DNA from: Octopus sinensis
Lineage: Eukaryota
NCBI RefSeq assembly: GCF_006345805.1
Contig: NW_021833468.1
Location: 1 to 28,865, forward strand
Direction of reading: 5' to 3'
DNA length: 28,865 bases
Shown: piece by piece, positions 20,257 to 28,865 of the stretch
Numbering within the stretch: position 1 is the first letter of the stretch
How the letters are laid out: each line of letters opens with the position of its first letter
The notes under the pieces: model-generated
The model's input: only the letters and a program-made list of their open reading frames with translations
The model's database searches: none
Told to the model about the DNA's origin: nothing
Translations under genes and position numbers: made by a program

Positions 20257-22154
20257 TGTTTCTTTATTAGCCACACAGGGTTGCACACAGATAGAACAAA
20301 TTACAAGGTAGAGCTTTTCTTTTGAAGGTTTAAAAAAAAAAAAGGAAGGGGGAGTTTCGATCAAAAGGGATCGTAAAAGGAGAGAAAGAGGACAAAAAAA
20401 GGGGGTTTAAAAAAAAAAAAAAAGGGGGGAGAGGAAAAAAAAATTGATCAATAGGGATCGTTATCACAGAAATGTCAATATGAAGTGTAAGGGGAGGACA
20501 GGTGAGGTTTACCCGTGGAAAGAAAAGCCTACGGAAAAGACCACGGTAACCTCGGTCAATGGAGTCACATGTTATATTTCTTTTTTTTTTTTTTGCGAAT
20601 AAGCAACTCTCTGTTTTCAATTTCTGGGTTCATAGGATCATGCTCAAGGTGGCTTCGTCATTCATACGTGCCATTCTTGCTACATTCACCCATCTTTTTT
20701 TAAAACATTCGCTAGACAAAACTTGCCTCTCTACTCTCACTTTCCTTTTCAAGTGGTACTTGAAGAAGTTGATGAGAGATTGACCAGAGAGGAAAGTGTT
20801 TGTCTCCAATCCTTTCAGACGCGTCCACCAGATACATTCTTTCGCCATAGCCACAAGGATGATGAAAATAGCTCTTCCTTCCCGTTTGAAGGAGGGAGGC
20901 GTGACAATATTGACGATAGACTCAGCTGATAAACCGACTCGTCCCACACGTGACAGCAGTTGTTCGACATAAGCCCACAGGTCGGAAATTGTTGGACACT
21001 GCACGAGTGCGTGCAGAACGGTTTCGTCGCTCTGACCGCATCTCGGGCAGGTCGGGCCCGTGTTTCTCGAGCCGTGTCTGTAGAGCTTATCCCGAACGGG
21101 TAGCGCTTCTCGGTAGCACTGCCAGGCCAGGGATCTCTGGAAGTTGTCCATCGGCCCTGGCCCGAAAGTCGTCCTGAACAGGCGGGTCAGGTACTCCTCG
21201 TCGACGTCCAGGTTCGCCCCGAGCTCGTCGTCGTACCTCCCCTCCACTAAACCCCTATAGAATGCTTTGGTTGTGTTGAAGTCACTCAAGGTCGACCCAG
21301 GACGGCAGAGTTGCTTGAGAGCAACGCGGCACTCGCGGTGCCATTCGCCCTTCTTCGGCCGCTTTTTGATCCACGACTGCAGTTCGGTCATGGAGACGAG
21401 CTGCGGGAAAGCGTGCCTCACAAACGGCGACCACACCTGTTCACCGTCGTCTACATAGAGCCAGAGATGTCGCAGTCTCAGCGCGTGTCTGAGCATCATC
21501 AACCACGGCATGCCCAGCCCTCCTTTTAACGGGTGTTGACAGCAAATGGATCGCCTGACCATCGGGACGCATCCTTTCCACAAGAAGCGAAAGAGAATGC
21601 GTTGTAATTTGGTGATGGTAGGGTCGGGACAAGGTACGACGGTCAGGCGGTAGTAGATGACGACCTTTTAGGGACAGTTTCCTCTCGGCCCATTGCCGGG
21701 CGAGAGTGACCACCCTACTCGTTATCTCGTTCCAGTTCTTCTCCACTTGGAGGTCCGGACCAAACCAGACCCCGAGCAACTCAACCGGGCCGTCGGTCCA
21801 GCGTCCCACGACGGAGGCGCTGGTGGACGGCATGGGCTTGCTTCTCCAGGTGCCTAGTCGCAAGCCCACTGACTTTTCCCGGTTGATTTTCGCTCCTGTC
21901 ACCGCTTCGTAGTTTTTCAGTGTCTCGCCGACCTGCTCGATGTGCTCGTGGCTAGACACTATGACGGTGACGTCGTCCGCGTATGCAGACACGCTCGTCC
22001 CGCATCCCAGTTCTCGCGGGATGCCTCTCAAGGTTGCCAGCTTCCGCAATAATGGCTCGAGAGTCAATACGTATAGAAGCGACGAGAGGGGGCATCCCTG
22101 ACGGACCGAACGTACGATGTCGAAGGGTCTCGATAGATGTCCATTCACGCGATG
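20256..22154 (-). mobile_element. Tx1/L1-clade LINE, 5'-truncated copy 1
   Basis: ORF2 remnant plus ~375-bp 3' UTR; AATAAA at 20268-20263 followed 7 nt later by (TATC)n, with no poly(A). Confidence 0.92.
20630..22154 (-). pseudogene. ORF2 remnant: reverse transcriptase C-terminal half + zf-RVT CCHC domain, one frameshift near 21660
   Basis: [59 protein letters not shown], then in another frame VIYYRLTVVPCP..FLWKG..GGLGMP..CPRCGQSDETVLHALVQC; stop at 20630-20632. QGCPLS, YADD, GGLG and CxxC..H..C are established L1/Tx1 ORF2 motifs. Confidence 0.92.
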
Positions 22155-22241
<87 letters not shown>

Positions 22242-22418
22242 GTAGGTAGGTAGGTATATAGGTAGGTAGGTAGGTAGGTAGGTAGGTAGGTATGTAGGTA
22301 GATAGGTAGGTAGGTAGGTATGTAGGTAGGTAGGTAGGTAGGTAGGTAGGTAGGTAGGTAGGTAGGTAGGTAGGTAGGTAGGTAGGTAGGTAAGTAGGTA
22401 AGTAGATAGGTAGGTAGG
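22155..22418. repeat. (GATA)n grading into (GGTA)n
   Basis: Direct reading; the switch occurs near 22240. Confidence 0.97.
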
Positions 22419-22943
22419 TTGATTTGAAGATGCTGGGTTTTCTAAAACAACCGCCACAGAACCACTCGTTAACAGCAAATTGAAGTTTGAAAATATAGAA
22501 CTTCACGTTAAAACCGTAGACAATATGCAAAAAGGAGATTATGAATCTCGATCGAATTTGTGATATCAAAGCTGCAGTGAGATCTACAGTATCAGTGTAG
22601 GAAATATATCAAAAGGTTTCTGATAAAGACTCTGATTAAAATAAAGATAATAAACGAAATCTAACAGAAATTTCAGAAACTACTTCAACCGATGATTAGA
22701 TGTGAAGAACTTTAAGTATTTCGCTGAGGTGTGCAACATAGATTAGGCGAATTTGATTTCTCATATTGCTATTGTAAGCACATCTCCTTATATTGCTGTT
22801 ACAAGCACATCCCGTTAAGAAATTGCTCATACATACATTGCTATCAAAAGTAATATGAGAAGATCGTATGAATAATATGAAATAAACTGCTTGAAGCAAG
22901 GGATCTCGAAGTACATAAGGATGTCTTTATCTTCTGTCATTTA

Positions 22944-23145
22944 ATTGTTTCAGTCATTACACTGCGGCCATGCTGAAGCACCGCCTTGAAGAATTTTTAG
23001 TCGAAAGGGTCGAACCCATTTACTTACTTCTGTTAAGCCTGTTACGTATTCTATCGGTCTCTATCACCGAACCGCTAAGCAGGAAAGGAGTTGGGGAGAA
23101 ACGGGGGATGTCAAGCGGGGATGGAGTAGGGAACAAACGCACACA
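22944..23145 (+). mobile_element. SINE-like repeat, same family as 14570-14735
   Basis: TGTTTCAGTCATTACACTGCGGCCATGCTGAAGCACCGCC...CCGAACCGCTAAG. Confidence 0.75.
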
Positions 23146-23179
23146 CTCGCGCGCGCGCGTGTGAGTGTGTGTGCATATA

Positions 23180-23345
23180 TCGGGCTTCTTCCAGTTTCCC
23201 CCGCCAGCCAAATCCATTCACAAGACCTATAGTTATAGTAGAAGACACTTGCCGAAGGTGTCATACTGAACTACATGATTCCGGACTGAACCCGGAACAA
23301 TGTGGTTAGGAAGCAAGCTTCTTAACATACAGTCACGCCTGCTTC
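23180..23345 (-). mobile_element. SINE, same family as 12065-12230
   Basis: TAGTAGAAGACACTTGCC...GGACTGAACCCGGAACAATGTGGTTAGGAAGCAAGCTTCTTAAC. Confidence 0.8.
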
Positions 23346-23631
23346 TATAAATATTTACATGCTTAACGTGCTTCAAGACACACTGTTCCAATAAAAGAAT
23401 TCTTTGAGTTGACGTTTCCTTGAAAGTTTATGAAATTCTTACGTCCATTACCAACATATAGTCATTGCCGGTAAGAAGAAAAGCTTTCAAATGAGTAGAG
23501 AACTTTGACTAATTACTTTGGCCCACTAGCAAGACGCTTGTCATGTCTACAGTACACGTGGGTTCAAACTCCAGGGACATCCTTCCACCTTATCTACCAC
23601 AAAACGGGTCTTTCAACCCAGTATTGACATG

Positions 23632-23892
23632 TAGTGGAGGCGCGTGGCTAAATGGTTAGGTTGTTAGACTAATGATCGTAAGATTTCGGTTTCGATTCCT
23701 GGACCGGGTGACGCGCTGTGTTCTTGAGCAAAATACTTCATTTCACGTTGCTCCAGTCTGCTGAAGTGGCAATAATAAGTCACCCAGCGACGGGCCGGCG
23801 TGTCGTCCAGGTGGAAAAAATATACGCCGTGAAACCAGGTAACCGGCCCTTATGAGTCGATAGGACTCAAGAAGGTAACTTTGCCTTACCTT
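23632..23892 (+). mobile_element. tRNA-derived SINE (body B + tail 2)
   Basis: GTGGAGGCGCGTGGCTAAATGG A box, GGTTTCGATTCC B box; tail aligns with 3255-3360. Confidence 0.8.
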
Positions 23893-24019
23893 ACCTTACC
23901 TTATTTACATGCCATTATTTCTAGATTTATGCGCTTCGAGTTACACTTGTTAGCATCCTTTTGTCTCGGGAGACATCAGAGTTGCGCATAAATTTATCGA
24001 GTCTGATTTTTACATTTCA

Positions 24020-24320
24020 TGTCCTCTCCAGTTTCCCCTCCAGTTTTGCGCAGGCCAGGGCTAGATGTAAGAAAATCCTGGGTAGCCCAATTTTCAGGTT
24101 TCCTCTCTCGACCTTGCTTACGTACGTTTGGCACCAGCTTGGTTGCAGGAGCTGCCGGAAGAGTGTCGAGTCGAACACTAAAACGCCTACGAGGCTCCAC
24201 TTCGGATTTCTTTGAAGGTTGATAGGGGCCCATACCGGATACTTTCAGTCGGAGCCGGCTGAGCCTGGAACTCGCGTCAGGCAGGGTGGTCACTCCCTGA
24301 AGTAGTGAAGAAAATCTCAA
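24020..24320 (-). mobile_element. GC-rich segment, probably the 5' region of an RTE-type LINE (alternative: an exon)
   Basis: AATCCGAAGTGGAGCCTCGTAGGC...GCAGCTCCTGCAACCAAGCTGGTGCCAAAC resembles RTE 5' regions as I recall them; no protein motif recognised. Confidence 0.35.
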
Positions 24321-24876
24321 CTCCCTACCTAAAACTATACCCCACAAAAATTATATAAATGCAGGGTATAGTTACACTATACCCTACAAACATTATACAA
24401 GTTTATTTTTTCTCAATAAATAATTTCTAAGTTCAATTAAATCAAACATAATGATAATACATTTCCTATCACGTTTATACCATACACTTGTTTACACCTA
24501 TGAATATAACTACATAAACCCATGAGGATTCCACAAGGTACATCACGTATTTGTCTTCACCATAAAACTAAAATCAACACACTATATTAAATATTCATTA
24601 ACCCTAGGGACATACGTATCTAGCATTATAGTCAGTAAAGGAGATCAGTTTACATTATTTTAATTAGTGTCGCTGCTAATTATGCAAGGGTTTTGATATT
24701 TTGACACAACAACGTAAATTAAAATAAAAAATGGCTTTATTAAAATGATTTAAAATGATCATTTTTGTCAGATGAACAAAGAAGAACAAACCAAAACAAA
24801 GGTGATGATAAAGGCATTTAACAGGCAGCATAGATACGTTCTAATAAATAAATTTAGTGACTATATATAAATATGG

Positions 24877-24908
<32 letters not shown>

Positions 24909-24915
<7 letters not shown>

Positions 24916-25136
24916 GTGATCTCTTAAGCACCACCAGCTCAAATATTGTCTCCTCTGTCTTCTCTCCTTGGGATCTTTCCTTCTCCTTGTTTCCGACAAA
25001 GAGCTCCGCTCGAAACGTTAAACCCTCCTTCCCTTCTTTCCTGAGCGTCAATAATACTTTAATTGTTCCACGTCCTGCGTTGCTGTGTTTTTCTCTTTTT
25101 TTCTTTTTTTCTGTATTTTCTTGTTTGGATTAACCC

Positions 25137-25137
<1 letters not shown>
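24909..25137 (+). mobile_element. (TA)n-flanked ~230-bp element with a minimal hammerhead motif
   Basis: Bounded by (TA)n at 24880-24908 and 25138-25183; motif at 24989-25023. Confidence 0.6.
24989..25023 (+). ncRNA. Minimal type-I hammerhead motif, core mutated
   Basis: GUUU-CCGACAA-A-GAGC-UCC-GCUC-GAAA-C-G-UU^AAAC: stem I (4 bp), stem II (4 bp, G-C closing) and the palindrome AACGUU are present; the core differs from CUGANGA at U4 and G8. Confidence 0.6.
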
Positions 25138-25174
<37 letters not shown>

Positions 25175-25183
25175 TATATATAT

Positions 25184-25287
25184 GCTAAAAAGCATCCGTG
25201 AGGTAAAACCGTGTAGCAAACCAAATGGCGGTGCCCCAGCATGGCCACAGCTCATTAGCTGAAACTGGAAAAATCAAAATCAAATAA

Positions 25288-25330
<43 letters not shown>

Positions 25331-25597
25331 ATATATATATACAAATTAGAAAAAACACCTTTTATCAATTCAAAAAAAATGAAAAATTAAATTACACCTT
25401 CTAGAAAATATATATAATAGAATATTAAATATAAGATGAAAAATAATATACCGATGATTAGTAATGTGCAAAATAATGAATAAAACGTAATATATTTGGT
25501 AGAATAAAGTCATGTGTTTCGTGGCTATATTTAAGAATGATTATAGTAAAAATATTATTATTTGTAGTAAAATATATATATTATATATGTATGTATG

Positions 25598-25635
<38 letters not shown>

Positions 25636-25656
25636 TATATATATATATTATATATA

Positions 25657-25687
<31 letters not shown>

Positions 25688-25948
25688 ATATATATATTAC
25701 ATACATACATATATATATATATATTTTACTACAAATAATAATATTTTTACTATAATCATTTCTTAAATATAGCCACGAACCCATGACTTTATTTACCAAA
25801 TATATACGTTTTATTCATTATTTTGCACATTACTTAATCATCGGTATATTATTTTCATCTTATATTTAATATTTCTATTATATATATTTTTCTAGAAGGT
25901 GTAATTTAATTTTTCATTTTGAATTGATAAAAGGTGTTTTTTCTAATT

Positions 25949-26010
<62 letters not shown>

Positions 26011-26111
26011 TTGATTTGATTTTGATTTTTCCAGTTTCAGCTAATGATGTGGCCATGCTGGGGCACCGCCATTTGGTTTGCTACACGGTTTTACCTCACG
26101 GATGCTTTTTA

Positions 26112-26113
<2 letters not shown>
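25184..26113. repeat. ~930-bp fold-back inverted repeat; arms 25184-25600 and 25697-26113, (TA)n spacer
   Basis: The arms are reverse complements apart from about 11 differences, nearly all small indels. Confidence 0.9.
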
Positions 26114-26173
<60 letters not shown>

Positions 26174-26794
26174 ACAAAAGAGGTGTTTTCACGCAGGGGC
26201 GAAATATAGGCAAATTTGTTGTTGAAAATGCATCTAAATTTAGAAAACATGTAATTGTTTAAAATACATTTATTTACATATGTACCAAACTAGTTTCAAC
26301 AATATTTTTTGTTTATCAATGGAATGTGATTAAAATTTTGAATTAGATGGACAGGTAAGGAATGTTGACGAGTTTAGATGTTCTTCGAAGTCAATAATAT
26401 TAAAACTGTACATTAATATGTTTGAATGTACAAAGCTCATTAGTGTTAGTAGTGATCGAGAAGAAATGAATATCACCAAAGTTTCAGTCATACTGAATTA
26501 AGAGTGAAAAACAAGGGAGAAATGAAGATAGTAAAAACAGGGAATTTCGTGTACAGTTTCTCTGATCTTCATTCTGTAGGAGCTTACGATTGTAGCAGTG
26601 TTTTGGAATCAGGTATATTTATATTTTTTTTCCTTGAGCGGATCTGATTTTTGATTCGTTAAGGAACTGGTGACGTCTTGTTTTTCCGGTGGTCAAGGTT
26701 TGCCGTTCTACCTGGCTTGTTCCCTGTGGGGAACGGTCATCAGTCGTTCTGGTTGATTGATTCTCTTGAGTCATTTCGTTATATTTGCTGAAGT

Positions 26795-27045
26795 TCGGTT
26801 TCGATTGGTCTAAAGTTAGGTGACGTCACCAACTGGTGTTTGTAAAATTTCATTAGTCTAGAGGTAGGTGACGTCGGCAACTGATATTTGTATAGTGATT
26901 TGGAGTTGCGGTTTCAAAATCAGGGTGGAAGACTGTTACTAAAGTTTTTGTAATTGTTTGTTGTTCCTGGTTGTTTTTTGTGGAGAAATTGAGCTTAGAC
27001 CAATGAAATCTTACAATCACCAGTTGCTGCCGTCACCTTTTGCCT
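26795..27045. repeat. ~48-bp unit in two tandem copies plus one inverted copy, containing TGACGTC and CCAAT-like motifs
   Basis: ATTGGTCTAAAGTTAGGTGACGTCACCAACTGG (from ~26804) vs ATTAGTCTAGAGGTAGGTGACGTCGGCAACTGA (from ~26852); inverted copy at ~26995-27040. Confidence 0.7.
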
Positions 27046-27384
27046 CCAGTTGAAAGGATTAATATTATTATTATTATTGATATATATATATGTGTGTGTG
27101 TGTGTATTCAATTTTGGGGGATTAATCGATATGCGGGTATTCTATTTCAGATAATACCCAAATAACCTAATGAGTATATCTGACAGTAAACTCATGGTAT
27201 CAGTTTGCACATATCACGAAATAATACTTAAAGGATATAACCAAAATTTCCAGCTGGGTATTTCACTAATTATATCATACTTTAGTTAATACTTATATTT
27301 ATTAAATATGAAGGAACAACACGTGTTTCAGTATTATAAGATTACAATATACATATATATATACACAACTGTACTATTGTTTGT

Positions 27385-27677
27385 TCCTTCTCAAACCACG
27401 CCTGCCTCATAGAGCCGGTTTTCCGGTTCTTCACGTATAGGTTCCCCACCTGGACTGGACGCTGGTCCGTCGCAGGTGAGCTGCAAGATGCGGGAGGAAA
27501 GAGTGAGAGAAAGTTGTGGCGAAAGAGTCAGCAGAAGTTCGCCATTACCTTCTGCCGGAGCTGCATGGAACTTAGGTATTTCGCTCATAAACACACACAT
27601 CGCCTAGTCTGAGATTCGAACCCACGATCCCTCGACCGCAATTCCGCTGCTCTAACTACTAGGCTATATGCCTCCAT
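27385..27677 (-). mobile_element. tRNA-derived SINE (body A + tail 2), near full length
   Basis: Reverse complement of 3083-3368, with an intact head and GGTTCGAATCTC B box. Confidence 0.85.
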
Positions 27678-27854
27678 ACACAACTGTATACCTCTTTCTG
27701 TCTCTGTCTCTGTCTGTCTGTCTCTCTATCTCTCTCTCTCTCTCTCTGTATATATATATATATATGTGTGTGTGTATGTGTGTGTGTGTGTGTAATAATA
27801 GATATATATATATATATATTAGATATATTATATATACATATAATAAAATATATA

Positions 27855-28015
27855 CGACGGGCTGACGAGCGTCTTTCAGTTACCGTGTACCAAATCCACT
27901 CTCAAGGCTTTGGTCGGCCAGAATCCATACCAGAAGACACCTGCCCAAGGTTCCATGCAGCAGAATTGAACCTGGAGCCATGAGGGTGGAAAGCATATTT
28001 TGCTACTTTACACCC
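27855..28015 (-). mobile_element. SINE, same family as 12065-12230
   Basis: CCAAATCCACTCTCAAGGCTTTGGTCGGCC...GAAGACACCTGCCCAAGG. Confidence 0.75.
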
Positions 28016-28427
28016 CACCGACTGCGACTATATAAGTAATAAGCGCTACTCAACCACCAGAATATGTAGCCAGTGATATTCAGTTGCAAAGCCATTTTAC
28101 TGGATTCTATCAACAGTCTATATATTACAATGTGAAATATATTCGAACATATGTACTGGACAGTGATGAAATGAAAGTGGGAGTTTAGACCTTATGTATC
28201 TGTGCCTGTATATATCAGTGTGTGTGTGTGGTGTGTGTCTTCTCATTGTGTGTGCGTGCGTGTGTTTATCTGAGTACGAGTGTACCTAGCTTGTGTATAT
28301 GAATCGTATGAGTCATTATTACTTATATAACAATTTATATATACAATAAATAATATGAAAACGGTAAAGTTCTAACTGAATATATAGATTTGCAAATGCA
28401 ATTTCCTGAAAACAGAAAGTATTACAT

Positions 28428-28429
<2 letters not shown>

Positions 28430-28466
<37 letters not shown>

Positions 28467-28680
28467 TGTGTGTGCGTAAATGTCATACTTTCTGTATGTA
28501 TATATATATATATATACACATATATATATGCATATATATATATATATAATATATATATATACAAACATAATACATATATACATATACATATCTGTATACA
28601 TATATATATATATATATATATATATTCGTAAATATATATGTGTGCGTTTGTGCATATGTGTGTGTATAATCTAAGTTATC
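28430..28680. repeat. (TG)n/(TA)n compound microsatellite; (GA)n at 28838-28865
   Basis: Direct reading. Confidence 0.9.
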
Positions 28681-28865
28681 TTATGCATTTTTATGCCATA
28701 ATCGGTAGCATTTTATTGGATCACTAGTCGAATTATTTTTGAAGATTTTCAAGAGCTATGTACGACACTTTTGCATATATATATGGGTGCATGCATGTGT
28801 GCTGGTGCGTATGTGGGTGGCCATATTGTTGAAATAGAGAGAGAGAGACAGAGAGAGAGAGAGAG

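Noticed and set aside
22155-22418. Stepwise microsatellite motif changes (GATA to GGTA; also CAGA to GATA at 3520-3615 and TCT-TAC-TAT at 4135-4305)
   Set aside because: A well-known consequence of point mutation followed by slippage.
21441-22478. 345-aa ORF taken as one protein
   Set aside because: The N-terminal ~110 aa come from (TACC)n/(TATC)n and the C-terminal ~45 aa are out of frame after the 21660 frameshift; only the middle is genuine RT.
22420-22560. Protein-like frame [46 protein letters not shown]
   Set aside because: Under 50 aa, bounded by stops, no usable acceptor, no recognised homology.
22763-22816. 27-bp tandem duplication ATATTGCT...AAGCACATC
   Set aside because: Only two degenerate units; an ordinary slippage product, not CRISPR-like.
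24130-24300. HDV-like ribozyme in the putative RTE 5' region
   Set aside because: No P1/P3/L3 (UCCUCG-type) nested pseudoknot could be built by eye.
26695-26745. Minus-strand CTGATGA followed by CCGTTC/GAACGG or GTTCCC/GGGAAC stems
   Set aside because: Followed by CAAAC rather than GAAAC, with no stem I or cleavage triplet.
719-28674. Dozens of ORFs rich in YI/HT/CV/LSIY/MYVC, poly-Y, poly-I or poly-S
   Set aside because: They are translations of microsatellites, which lack stop codons in some frames.

Overview
AT-rich, repeat-saturated eukaryotic non-coding DNA (intronic or intergenic). The tRNA-headed SINE families and dense (TA)n/(CA)n/(TAA)n/(GATA)n microsatellites resemble what I recall from Octopus/cephalopod genomes; that assignment is from memory, not a search. 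I can support no host protein-coding gene, and most ORFs in the track are microsatellite read-throughs. Retroelement coding remnants: (i) two tandem, near-identical, 5'-truncated Tx1/L1-clade LINE copies (19185-20081 and 20256-22154, minus strand; RT YADD motif and C-terminal CCHC finger) with all four ends abutting (TATC)n; (ii) a decayed RTE-clade 3' end (8288-8890); (iii) a decayed R4/Dong-type RLE endonuclease region (10760-11420), plus probable related fragments in a (TAA)n nest (4425-6130). About 20 SINE copies or fragments show apparent body/tail shuffling. The most interesting signal is a set of hammerhead-ribozyme (HHR) motifs in short, mostly (TA)n-flanked, non-coding repeats. One at 6819-6911 has a complete type-I catalytic core and a palindromic GAUC loop III; degenerate ones lie at 8129-8166, 9182-9246, 18600-18648 and 24989-25023. 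This suggests Penelope-like or retrozyme-like elements, one joined to a tRNA-derived head. Other structure: a ~0.9 kb A/T-tract minisatellite between two copies of a 200-bp duplication, a ~930-bp fold-back inverted repeat with an indel-dominated (possibly artefactual) mismatch profile, a 170-bp hairpin, and a CRE/CCAAT-bearing tandem-plus-inverted repeat. All structures were read by eye; none has been computed or tested.
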